Positions 45,359-53,426 of a stretch of 62,786 bases of DNA are shown here, piece by piece; the first letter of the stretch is position 1, and the number at the start of each line of letters is the position of its first letter. The stretch comes from a virus, in IMG/VR virus record IMGVR_UViG_3300035429_000044, positions 1 to 62,786 of that record; one strand, written 5' to 3'. The notes below the pieces were generated by a model. The model was not told where the DNA came from and ran no database searches. It worked only from the letters and a program-made list of their open reading frames with translations. A program made the translations under genes and the position numbers.

Positions 45359-45568
45359 TTATTGGCATGCGTTCCAGAGGTGGATCACTGTGTCAAGGTT
45401 GCTGGTGGTACTTACGTATGAGTGGCATGTGTCGCAGATGATGTTCCATACACTGTTGTGTTTGCCGTGTTGTTCCACGGTTGGGTTCTGGTGGCAGCGT
45501 GCGCAGTGTTTGATGGGTGTGTGGATGCGTTGCTTGTTGATTTCGCAAGCGTTCCAGCTTTTGTTCAC
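45359..45568 (-). CDS. Cys/His-rich small protein (69 aa)
   Basis: ORF with CARCH..CDTCH motifs. Confidence 0.5.
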   Translation of the reverse strand: MNKSWNACEINKQRIHTPIKHCARCHQNPTVEQHGKHNSVWNIICDTCHSYVSTTSNLDTVIHLWNACQ

Positions 45569-45577
45569 GCTTCCTCC

Positions 45578-45763
45578 TTAGAAGAGTTTGGGTGGTTCGA
45601 TGAACTCGGGTGGTTGGGGTTTGTCGAAGGGGCTGTTGGTTGGGTTGGTGAGGACTGGTTTGACGATTGGTGTGCTCATATGGGTGATGCGTGCTATTTC
45701 TTGGATGGTGCAGCCTTGGTCGTGGAGGTCGCGTATGCGTTTGATGGTGTGCGCGGTTGGCAT
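45578..45763 (-). CDS. Small HTH protein (61 aa)
   Basis: IKRIRDLHDQGCTIQEIARITHMS resembles a resolvase/sigma-region-4-type HTH. Confidence 0.55.
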   Translation of the reverse strand: MPTAHTIKRIRDLHDQGCTIQEIARITHMSTPIVKPVLTNPTNSPFDKPQPPEFIEPPKLF

Positions 45764-45786
45764 GTGGTGTCCTTACGTGTGCGTGG

Positions 45787-45993
45787 TTAGAGGTAGCAGA
45801 GGGGTACAGTGCCGATGATGGTGAAGATGATGCCTATGGTGAGGTCGCGTGATACGTTGCTGGCGTTGTTCCAACTGCGATAGTTTTGGTCTGTGGACAT
45901 GAGGTAGATGTCTACGCTGCACACAAAGAGTGTGCGCACGGCGAAGGTGTAGCAGATGATGGCGATGCCGATGAGGATTGGCGCCCAGTTCAT
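45787..45993 (-). CDS. Small membrane protein (68 aa)
   Basis: Two hydrophobic helices. Confidence 0.5.
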   Translation of the reverse strand: MNWAPILIGIAIICYTFAVRTLFVCSVDIYLMSTDQNYRSWNNASNVSRDLTIGIIFTIIGTVPLCYL

Positions 45994-46005
45994 GTTTGTG
46001 TCCTT

Positions 46006-46092
46006 TCAGTTGTCGTGTTTGTTTGCTGCCCAGGTGAGGATGATGCAGAAGATGAGGCTCGAGACGAGGAAGATGAGGTCACCTGATGTCAT
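46006..46092 (-). CDS. Very small membrane peptide (28 aa)
   Basis: ATGA-coupled to the upstream gene; MTSGDLIFLVSSLIFCIILTWAANKHDN. Confidence 0.35.
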   Translation of the reverse strand: MTSGDLIFLVSSLIFCIILTWAANKHDN

Positions 46093-46268
46093 CGTCCGAG
46101 TTTCCTTAATCGTTGTTGGCGTTGTGCGCGTTTGGGGTCGTGTGGGCATGGGTAGTGTGGGTTGATGGCGTGTGGGCAGCGGCCTTCGCCTTGGTTGGTA
46201 CGCCCGCAGCATTCGCAGCGACGTACCTTGTATATGGTTTCCCACTCGTCGATGGTGTGTCTGGTCAT
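46089..46268 (-). CDS. Small Cys-rich protein (59 aa)
   Basis: ATGA coupling and a CECCGR..GRCPH motif. Confidence 0.5.
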   Translation of the reverse strand: MTRHTIDEWETIYKVRRCECCGRTNQGEGRCPHAINPHYPCPHDPKRAQRQQRLRKLGR

Positions 46269-46828
46269 GCGCTTGTCCTTGCCGGGGTGACGCCTGTCTG
46301 TCCTTGGTAATGTGAATTGCAGCGGGGATCCCCATATTGGAGTACCGATGGTGCGATCATGCGCTGGAAGCCGATTTGCGCGATGCGCATACCCGGACGC
46401 AGGATAAGCGTGTTGCCGGTCATGTTGGTGAGTTCCAGTGTGATTTGCCCGGTGAATCCAGGGTCCACGAGTCCAGCGGCTTCCACTTGCAATCCCATAC
46501 GTGCGATGGTGCTTTTGCCCATGACGATGCCCACGGTGTCGGGTTCGCACTGGATTGTTTCGACTGTGTGCGCGAGCATGAACTCGTGTGGCTTGAGTTT
46601 GATCTCATCCACGTTCTGGTATCGCATGTATGAGATGCTGCCAGGGCGTGTCAGGTCGATTGTCTGACTTGTCAGTTGGACTGTGAACTCGTCACCCAAG
46701 GTCAGATCGTATGATGCTGGTTGCAATTGGAAGTAGTCGAACGGAGTGATGAGGTCGCTGCACATCATGCGCGATTCGATCCAATCATCGTTGTACCAGC
46801 CGGTCGGAGTATTCGTGGTGGTCATCAC
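46265..46828 (-). CDS. dcd: dCTP deaminase / dUTPase-superfamily enzyme
   Basis: ..LQPASYDLTLGDEF.. and ..GLVDPGFTGQITLELTN.. are signature-like. Confidence 0.8.
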   Translation of the reverse strand: MMTTTNTPTGWYNDDWIESRMMCSDLITPFDYFQLQPASYDLTLGDEFTVQLTSQTIDLTRPGSISYMRYQNVDEIKLKPHEFMLAHTVETIQCEPDTVGIVMGKSTIARMGLQVEAAGLVDPGFTGQITLELTNMTGNTLILRPGMRIAQIGFQRMIAPSVLQYGDPRCNSHYQGQTGVTPARTSA

Positions 46829-47490
46829 ATATCCTCTCTTTCGAATCGTTTCTGTAGGCTATTGCCGAAGTCGCAATCACAGTTGGGGTCGTCGGCTGCC
46901 ATATGTTCTTTGACCCATTCGACCCAGTTCATCCAGTCAAGGATGTCGCGATTGAGGCAATCGTTCACACGATGCTTGGGGTTCTTGCTGTTCCTGTAGG
47001 GGTTGATGTCTACGGTTGCGAGGGTGAGTCGGACCGTGCTCAGGTCGAGTTTGCGGTAGGATACAGTGTCGTCCCACAATGGGGTAAAGATGAGTTTGGG
47101 TTGGTGGGCTTTGAGCCATGCGAGATCGAAGTCCACGTTGGTTCCGGCCGGATGCAGTGTGATGTGCAAGCCGCCGTCTTGCAGCTTGTCCACGATGTCC
47201 AGCAGCCATTCCCCCGGAGACTTGGCAGTTTGGGTGCCAAGCACTTCGTCCAACAGTCCGTTGTCCTGATGCATGCGAATCGCATGCTCGGTGTCTCGCG
47301 TGTAGCTGATGCGCGAGTGTGGTATGACGGTGCTGAAGTTGTATGGGTTGTACCCTTGCCATTCTGACGGGATTGTGCCGTCGAGGTTGGTGATGCGCAT
47401 GCCGATTTCGAGCAGTTGGCCGTCTTCTGGTTTGATCGCTGTGGTTTCGGTGTCGAGCCACAGCAGCATGCGGCGATTCTGATCGTTCAT
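46825..47490 (-). CDS. DEDDh 3'-5' exonuclease (oligoribonuclease/DnaQ-like)
   Basis: An ATG at 47490. Exo I is WLDTETT, Exo II is GTNVDFDLAWL, Exo III is HRVNDCLNRD. Confidence 0.75.
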   Translation of the reverse strand: MNDQNRRMLLWLDTETTAIKPEDGQLLEIGMRITNLDGTIPSEWQGYNPYNFSTVIPHSRISYTRDTEHAIRMHQDNGLLDEVLGTQTAKSPGEWLLDIVDKLQDGGLHITLHPAGTNVDFDLAWLKAHQPKLIFTPLWDDTVSYRKLDLSTVRLTLATVDINPYRNSKNPKHRVNDCLNRDILDWMNWVEWVKEHMAADDPNCDCDFGNSLQKRFEREDM

Positions 47491-47771
47491 GATTCCTCGT
47501 TTTCCACGTGGTTGATGAGTGTGGTGAGTAGTTGTTTGTTGGCTTCGTGCATGACTTGCATGTCGTGCGCGGATTGTTTGATGGCTTCTTCTTGTAGCCA
47601 GCAGAGCGAACCCATCATCACGCCCATGCCGATCAGAAGACTGCTGGATGCGGTGAAGATGATGCGGGGTGTCAGGTCGAGCCATTGGCTGCCGATGAGG
47701 GTTATCAATCCGCAGATGAGCGATACCGTTGTGAGTTTGTTGGCTTTCCACCATGTTTTCCATGTGTTCAT
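47487..47771 (-). CDS. Membrane protein (94 aa)
   Basis: An internal ATG at 47771. Two hydrophobic helices. Confidence 0.5.
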   Translation of the reverse strand: MNTWKTWWKANKLTTVSLICGLITLIGSQWLDLTPRIIFTASSSLLIGMGVMMGSLCWLQEEAIKQSAHDMQVMHEANKQLLTTLINHVENEES

Positions 47772-48034
47772 TACTGTTCCTCCTCGTTGGGGTCGGTTGG
47801 GCGCCATGCTGATTTGAATTGGCAGCAAGCAGTCCAGCTCGCATCCGAGGCGACGGGGTATGCGCGGCCGTCTTCGAAGAATACGGTGGTAAGGGTGTTG
47901 TCGAAGTCGAGGCCGAATACTGCGGTCACGAATCCTCTGGCTGTGTTGCCGCTTGGCATGGTGACGGTGAGCAGGTCGCCTATTTTGATTTTGTCGAGGC
48001 TTTCTACTGCCTCGTAGACTTTGTATTTGCTCAT
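47771..48034 (-). CDS. Hypothetical protein (87 aa)
   Basis: ATGA coupling with the upstream nuclease gene. Confidence 0.55.
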   Translation of the reverse strand: MSKYKVYEAVESLDKIKIGDLLTVTMPSGNTARGFVTAVFGLDFDNTLTTVFFEDGRAYPVASDASWTACCQFKSAWRPTDPNEEEQ

Positions 48035-48534
48035 GTCATGTCCTTGTCTGGTCCGAGTTCGAGCCCGTTGTTCAAGAGGGTGGCGAGTTGTTGGAGTGTG
48101 AGGCCGATCAGTAGCGGGTTGCGTGGTATGCGTGTGCTGGTGTTGTCGAGTTTGTTGGCGAGCTCGGGGTTTTCGAGCATGTCGGTCATTTGGAAGTAGG
48201 TTTGTTTCCGCGTGTACGCGAGATGCGCGCCTACCTTGTTGCGGGTGTCGATGCCGAGGCCGGGTTGTTTCCTGATGACCCAACCAAGCTCCGTGTCTCG
48301 GTTGCCCATCTCGATCTCGCATTCCGTCCAGTGTTTGCGCCAGTTGGGTGTGCGCGTGGCCTTGCACTCCAGGACGACGGGTTGCCCGTGGAAATACACG
48401 TTCCCGATGTCCCCGATGTCTTTCGCCCCGTGAAGGGTCAATCGTTGGATTCGTTCGTCATCCAACGCCCACCGCAGGTAGTCGCATACGGCCGACTCGA
48501 ATCGCGTACCCTTGGCCTTGCTCGGATTACTCAC
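48031..48534 (-). CDS. PD-(D/E)xK nuclease, Holliday-junction-resolvase-like (Hjc/RecU-type pattern)
   Basis: A GTG at 48534 (GTGA coupling). It carries KGTRFESAVCDYLR...GAKDIGDI...VVLECKAT. Confidence 0.55.
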   Translation of the reverse strand: MSNPSKAKGTRFESAVCDYLRWALDDERIQRLTLHGAKDIGDIGNVYFHGQPVVLECKATRTPNWRKHWTECEIEMGNRDTELGWVIRKQPGLGIDTRNKVGAHLAYTRKQTYFQMTDMLENPELANKLDNTSTRIPRNPLLIGLTLQQLATLLNNGLELGPDKDMT

Positions 48535-48719
48535 GACCGCCCCTTTCCGTTGTGACGCAGGAAACTGCGGCACTGATTGTTGTAGCCGGCAAAAAACAGG
48601 AAGAGCCGGCTTCTGTCTAACCAGATGCCGCAATTGTTGTACCACCACTGTCTGCACACAGGGCACCGATACACTTCGTAGAAGTTCCCACGCCTCGGGG
48701 GAAGATCGCAATGATGCAT
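48531..48719 (-). CDS. Small Cys-rich protein (62 aa)
   Basis: An ATG at 48719 with an AAGGAG RBS; motif CPVCRQ. Confidence 0.5.
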   Translation of the reverse strand: MHHCDLPPRRGNFYEVYRCPVCRQWWYNNCGIWLDRSRLFLFFAGYNNQCRSFLRHNGKGRS

Positions 48720-48729
48720 CACCAGCTCC

Positions 48730-48891
48730 TTACTCGTCGTTGAAGTCTCTTCCGATGTCTTTCCAGTCTTCGTAATCGTCTTCCTCATCGCGCCAGCAGT
48801 AGAAGCAGAGGCCTTGGGGGTCGAGCAGTGACCCACAGGTGGGGCACCACTCGACCTCTTCGGGCGTGTAACCGTAGAGTGGTTCGCGCAT
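48730..48891 (-). CDS. Small zinc-ribbon-like acidic protein (53 aa)
   Basis: CPTCGS..CFYC. The start overlaps the SSB stop by 1 nt. Confidence 0.5.
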   Translation of the reverse strand: MREPLYGYTPEEVEWCPTCGSLLDPQGLCFYCWRDEEDDYEDWKDIGRDFNDE

Positions 48892-49472
48892 TAGAACTCC
48901 GGTTCGCCCGTGTCGGTGACCTCGGTGTAACCGAATCCGCTGCCGCCGAACGAGTCGAAGCTCGTATTGGACTGGTTTGCCCACGGGTCGGTGTTGGCAG
49001 TGGTCGGGGTGGCTTGAGCCGCCGGCGTTTGCTGTGGCGCTTGCTGGAATCCTCCCTGCGGGGCGAACCCGTTCGACTGGAAGCCACCCTGCTGCTGGAA
49101 GCCACCCTGCTGTGGTTGGTTGCGTTGCACGCTCACCGACTGGCCCAACAAACTCACGGCGATCTCCGACGCGAGCAGTTTCTGCGAGGTCTTCTGTGAA
49201 CCATCCTGCGCCTGATACGATTCCGTCACAAGCCGTCCGGTGACGGTGACTCGCATACCCTTCGACAACTGTGAGCAAGCCTGCGCGAGGTCACCGAACA
49301 CGGTCACGCCACTCGCCCACGATTCCGTCGTCTCCCACTCATTCGTCTGCTGGTTACGACGCTTGGAATCAGCGATGATGAACAAGTTCGCATACGGTTT
49401 GCCACTAGAGCCGGTCTTGATGTCAGGATCTTTGCCAAGACGGCCGGTAACGGTAATGAAAGGGGTGCTCAT
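48891..49472 (-). CDS. ssb: Single-stranded DNA-binding protein (copy 2, recombination module)
   Basis: It has an OB-fold N-terminus (ITVTGRLGKDPD..), a Gly/Gln-rich linker and the C-terminal tip ..DTGEPEF. Confidence 0.9.
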   Translation of the reverse strand: MSTPFITVTGRLGKDPDIKTGSSGKPYANLFIIADSKRRNQQTNEWETTESWASGVTVFGDLAQACSQLSKGMRVTVTGRLVTESYQAQDGSQKTSQKLLASEIAVSLLGQSVSVQRNQPQQGGFQQQGGFQSNGFAPQGGFQQAPQQTPAAQATPTTANTDPWANQSNTSFDSFGGSGFGYTEVTDTGEPEF

Positions 49473-50281
49473 GCCTGCTCCTTAATGGTTTCAACCGGTG
49501 TGGTTGTGTTGACTGGTTTGGTGTTGCGGTTGAGGAAGTCGTAGTGTGGTGTGGTTTCGTCCGATACTGCGGCTGACTGTGCTTCGGTGGATACGGGAAG
49601 GTAGGGGAACGCGCGGCGTACGACGGTTTTGCGCGCCATCGCCACGTAATCGCTTTTCCATGGGCCCTTGTCCCCCGCTTTGCTGCGTGCCCTCACCGCG
49701 TCGATCTCCGCGCGGGTCATGTAGGTGCGGTAATGGCCGCCGTTGGTGAACTCGGCATTGAGGAACACGAACTGGAGCTTGGATGGGTCATGGTTCGCGT
49801 TCAGATTGACTTCACCGGCCTTGATATAAGGTTGCCCGGTTTCATCCATGAACAGTTTGATGCCATCATCCTCGAACACAGGGGTCGCGTTCAACGTTTT
49901 GATTTCGCCGGTACGGCGGGCAAGGTCGAGCATTCCCTTATATCCAAGGATGAATGTCGCTTCCATCTGCCCGGTCTGATAGTTCTTGTTCCCATAGGGG
50001 AGGATGTACGCTTTGCCCAGCCCATCAACGCTCGATGGTTTGAGGCCAAGCACTGCGCATTTCAAGCAGCATGAGATGATGCTTTCCGGCGTGCACTGCA
50101 ACAGTTTCGGTTCGCGTGCCATCGCCGTTTGCAGGATCGAATACAGCAGTTGCGGGTCAAGCGCGTTGCTCATCACGGCTTCTATCTGTGCGCGCTTACT
50201 ACGCACCAACGCGTGAATGTCGCTTTCCGTGGTCATGGGCGCCAGTTCGTTGTTTTGCGCTGTGGTGGCTAATGTTCCCAT
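49469..50281 (-). CDS. recT: RecT-family single-strand annealing protein
   Basis: ..CTPESIISCCLKCAVLGLKPSS..GKAYILPYGN...ILGYKGMLDLARR.. is RecT-like. Confidence 0.85.
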   Translation of the reverse strand: MGTLATTAQNNELAPMTTESDIHALVRSKRAQIEAVMSNALDPQLLYSILQTAMAREPKLLQCTPESIISCCLKCAVLGLKPSSVDGLGKAYILPYGNKNYQTGQMEATFILGYKGMLDLARRTGEIKTLNATPVFEDDGIKLFMDETGQPYIKAGEVNLNANHDPSKLQFVFLNAEFTNGGHYRTYMTRAEIDAVRARSKAGDKGPWKSDYVAMARKTVVRRAFPYLPVSTEAQSAAVSDETTPHYDFLNRNTKPVNTTTPVETIKEQA

Positions 50282-50292
50282 AGGGGTTCCTT

Positions 50293-51273
50293 TCAGTTGT
50301 CGTTGAGTGGTTTGACGTAGAAGCGGCGTTGTGTGTACGCGTCCTTCGCTGGAATGGTCTTCGCTGGTTGTGCTTTGAACCGCACGTCCTTGTAGCCGAC
50401 TTGGTTGTGTAGGCTGACGAGCCCTTGGCGGGTGTCACCAACCATCGTTTTCAACTGGTCACTGATACCTGTTTTCTGTTGTTTCGCGCTTTTCTCCGCT
50501 TCGTCGAACTGGTGCCAGAGGGCTGCGAGCCGGTCGAACTCGTCGTCCTCTACCTGTTCGTATCCTTCCGGTTGCGTGGATTGTTGCACCATGTCCACGT
50601 CGGTCGCCGTCAACGCCGGCGGCGTATCGTCCTGCACGTACGTCCAGAAGTCGCTGGCGGCTTTGATGATGGCCTCCACGTCTTCCTCATCGCGTTCGAA
50701 CATGATCTCGACCGGTTCCGCTTCCCCGATGTCCGCGTAGACCACGCCCCACGTCCAACCGGTGACGGCCAGATAGTGCGTGACCTGCGCCATGTAATAG
50801 TCGGGAATCTTCAGATTGCCGTCCATGTCATGCCAGTCGGTCTTGCCACGATGCGCTGAAGTCGTCTTGATTTCCAGCACGCCATAGCCGCGCGTCTCGT
50901 CGTACAGAACACCGTCAAGGGAAGCGATCAGGAACGGATGGTTCCGGCTGACCAGGCTCTTGTCGGTACCGTCGTAGCATTCCCACTCCGGGTGCAGGGC
51001 GCGGAACCTGTTACGCAGTTCCTTCTCAAGCGCATTGCCCTTGACAATCGCCCACTTGTCGCTGATGTCCACCGGCTGCTCCCGGCCGGTCTTCTCCAAC
51101 CACAATTCGTACGGCGTCTTGTACTTGTTCAATCCAAGGATCGTTGCCATGTCCGAACCACCCAAGCCCTCACGACGATGCTCGAGCCAAGCCTCATGCC
51201 GTTCCTTCGCGGTCAACTGTTTGAACCGTACAAGCGTGAACGCATCACAATCACGCAGAAGATGCCGCGCCAT
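50293..51273 (-). CDS. YqaJ-like viral recombinase exonuclease
   Basis: ..GLGGSDMATILGLNKYKTPYELWLEKTG.. and ..LDGV..GVLEIKT.. (PD-(D/E)xK). Confidence 0.85.
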   Translation of the reverse strand: MARHLLRDCDAFTLVRFKQLTAKERHEAWLEHRREGLGGSDMATILGLNKYKTPYELWLEKTGREQPVDISDKWAIVKGNALEKELRNRFRALHPEWECYDGTDKSLVSRNHPFLIASLDGVLYDETRGYGVLEIKTTSAHRGKTDWHDMDGNLKIPDYYMAQVTHYLAVTGWTWGVVYADIGEAEPVEIMFERDEEDVEAIIKAASDFWTYVQDDTPPALTATDVDMVQQSTQPEGYEQVEDDEFDRLAALWHQFDEAEKSAKQQKTGISDQLKTMVGDTRQGLVSLHNQVGYKDVRFKAQPAKTIPAKDAYTQRRFYVKPLNDN

Positions 51274-51755
51274 TATTCACCGCTTTCCTTGATGATGTTG
51301 ATTTTTTTGAATGGGGCGTAGTCCTCGTATTCAGATGGGAGTAGTATTCCCCCGCCAATCAGCCATGTTTCGTCACAGCTGACGCATATCGCGTTGAGGT
51401 CGTCGTTCACGATCCACGTGTCTAGGTTCTTGTCAGTCCATGGGCCGGGAGTGTCAGGCATCCGCATGTTCTCGATGGGGCGCCTGATGTTCGTGATTGT
51501 GTACTTTCGTCTCGCTAAGACGTTTGGGCTGTCGAGGACGTACTCTTCTTCGTCGTAGCTCGTGCGAACGTCAATACTATCCAGACCACAATGCGTGACT
51601 GTGCCGGTGATTTTGATGCTTTCTGACTTGTCGTCGTTCTGCCACAACAGGGTCACGATGTCACCCTCTTTGAGCATGTCGCGCAGTTCCTCATGCGTGC
51701 CCGAGTATTTCACGCATTTCCTGGTTCCGACGTAACCGTGTTTGCTGGTAATCAT
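51273..51755 (-). CDS. Hypothetical protein (160 aa)
   Basis: Coupled ORF in the early operon. Confidence 0.65.
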   Translation of the reverse strand: MITSKHGYVGTRKCVKYSGTHEELRDMLKEGDIVTLLWQNDDKSESIKITGTVTHCGLDSIDVRTSYDEEEYVLDSPNVLARRKYTITNIRRPIENMRMPDTPGPWTDKNLDTWIVNDDLNAICVSCDETWLIGGGILLPSEYEDYAPFKKINIIKESGE

Positions 51756-52249
51756 GCCACCTCCTGTTTGTTGATGATTTCCATTGCGGTGATAAGGGGT
51801 TTGAATGGTGGTTTCGGCGTATAGTCGAGGCCATTCAGGTAGTCGCAGCCACTGTCAGCGATGAGCATGTAATGCTTGTACGGACAGTCAAACCAGACCA
51901 CGTTGTTCTCACGGTCAAACCACAAACCCGTCGTCGGCGGGTCGGGATACTCGACATGGTGCACGATTCGCGTGAGGCGGTAAGTAGCGCTGGCCTTAAA
52001 AGGGTCCTCATAGGCCGCTTTGGGCTTAAGTTCCGATTTCAGATGGAGATATTCAGTCGCACCGCTGTAGCCGTCAATGACGATGGCTAGAGGTGTCAGA
52101 CCATCGCATACGCCATCTTCATATTGTTGTTCATAGGTGAGTTCGTCATCTGCACATATGCGACTCAATTCCTTCGTCAGCGGGGAATCATGGTGTACGA
52201 CTTCGTGTCCGTCCGGGTAGACTTCCACATATTCGACCGTGCGGCTCAT
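51752..52249 (-). CDS. Hypothetical protein (165 aa)
   Basis: An ATG at 52249 (ATGA coupling). The upstream part of the track ORF is an Arg/Pro-rich artefact. Confidence 0.6.
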   Translation of the reverse strand: MSRTVEYVEVYPDGHEVVHHDSPLTKELSRICADDELTYEQQYEDGVCDGLTPLAIVIDGYSGATEYLHLKSELKPKAAYEDPFKASATYRLTRIVHHVEYPDPPTTGLWFDRENNVVWFDCPYKHYMLIADSGCDYLNGLDYTPKPPFKPLITAMEIINKQEVA

Positions 52250-52653
52250 GCTTCCTCCTTGGTTTCGAAGGCGTCGGGGCCGTGGATGATGTAGTCGGTC
52301 AGTGTGGCCTCGTCGATCGGCTCGACCTCGTATACATACAGGTCGACCTCGGATTCCATGTTTTCGACGCCCAGCATCCATGAGAACAGGTCGTTGAGTT
52401 CGTCGACGGGGACCGTGCTGAGCTGGCTGAGCATGTTCCAGGTCCATGGGGAGGCGTCGTAGCCTCCGAACCGTGTTTCGCTGGTGATGCGAGCGCACCC
52501 GAGATACTCCTGCGAATCAGCGTCCACGAATATGAACGCGTGCGAGCGGCGATCCACTTGGCTGTCACGGATCTCGTAGCGTTTGCGCCCGTCCTGGATC
52601 ATCTGCCAATACTCGCGTCGAATCTTCGCGACGGTCACGCTTCGGGTGATCAT
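52246..52653 (-). CDS. ASCH/PUA-like domain protein (tentative)
   Basis: An ATG at 52653. It carries ..IRREYWQMIQDGRKRYEIRD... Confidence 0.5.
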   Translation of the reverse strand: MITRSVTVAKIRREYWQMIQDGRKRYEIRDSQVDRRSHAFIFVDADSQEYLGCARITSETRFGGYDASPWTWNMLSQLSTVPVDELNDLFSWMLGVENMESEVDLYVYEVEPIDEATLTDYIIHGPDAFETKEEA

Positions 52654-52835
52654 GCGTCCTCCTTGAGTGCTTGGCCGATGATGCGGCGGATCTCCTGCAG
52701 GTCGGCTTCGCTGTAGGTCAGGCGCAGCCATTGGCCGGGGCTGATGAGGATTTCGACGATGTAGGCTTTGCGCCCGCTTACGTCGAGATAGGGACTGCGC
52801 GTGACGCTGAACCCGCCGGGATCTTTGATGCTCAT
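52650..52835 (-). CDS. Hypothetical protein (61 aa)
   Basis: An ATG at 52835, coupled to the upstream gene. Confidence 0.5.
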   Translation of the reverse strand: MSIKDPGGFSVTRSPYLDVSGRKAYIVEILISPGQWLRLTYSEADLQEIRRIIGQALKEDA

Positions 52836-53110
52836 GAGATGCTCTCCAATCGTGTTACATGACAGCCCAGTTCGGTCAGGGCTCGCTCGAGGTTTGTTGT
52901 GTAGTCGCCGGACTGTTTGGTGGCTTGACGGCTGGCGCGTGAGATGATCTGGTCGATCCTCAATGCACCGTGGTCGGTGTGGGCGTACAGGCGCAGTCGC
53001 AGGTCCCGGTCTGCGCGTCCCATGCACGCCCGGCACAGGCGGCTCGTGCGGTCGATGCGCTTGTAGTGCTGGCAGCCGTGGCACTCATCCACGATCATGT
53101 CGCTGGCCAT
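52832..53110 (-). CDS. Cys-rich hypothetical protein (92 aa)
   Basis: CHGCQH..CRAC motifs. Confidence 0.55.
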   Translation of the reverse strand: MASDMIVDECHGCQHYKRIDRTSRLCRACMGRADRDLRLRLYAHTDHGALRIDQIISRASRQATKQSGDYTTNLERALTELGCHVTRLESIS

Positions 53111-53426
53111 GGTGTCCTCCTTCGCGATGGTCGGGGTGGGTGGGAAAACTTATCCATGCAGTGTCGTGCTCGATCGCGGCGCGCAGATCGGGCCGGTCGG
53201 CGAGCAGGTCTGGCAAACAGTCGAGCGTCAGGTCGACTGCGTACAAATCCCATGGGACGTCCCACGTGCGCCAGGTGATCCTCACCCACACGCCCTGGCA
53301 CCCGTCCATCGCGTCATGCACACGCTGCGCCAACCGCTCGATCTGGCGGCTGACATGCCACTCGTAGACGGCGAGCGCGAGCAGGATCATGGCGAGTGTG
53401 GGCAGGATGATCAGCGGCAGGCTCAT
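53085..53426 (-). CDS. Membrane-anchored hypothetical protein (113 aa)
   Basis: An ATG at 53426 (ATGA coupling). The N-terminus is LPLIILPTLAMILLALAV. Confidence 0.55.
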   Translation of the reverse strand: MSLPLIILPTLAMILLALAVYEWHVSRQIERLAQRVHDAMDGCQGVWVRITWRTWDVPWDLYAVDLTLDCLPDLLADRPDLRAAIEHDTAWISFPTHPDHREGGHHGQRHDRG

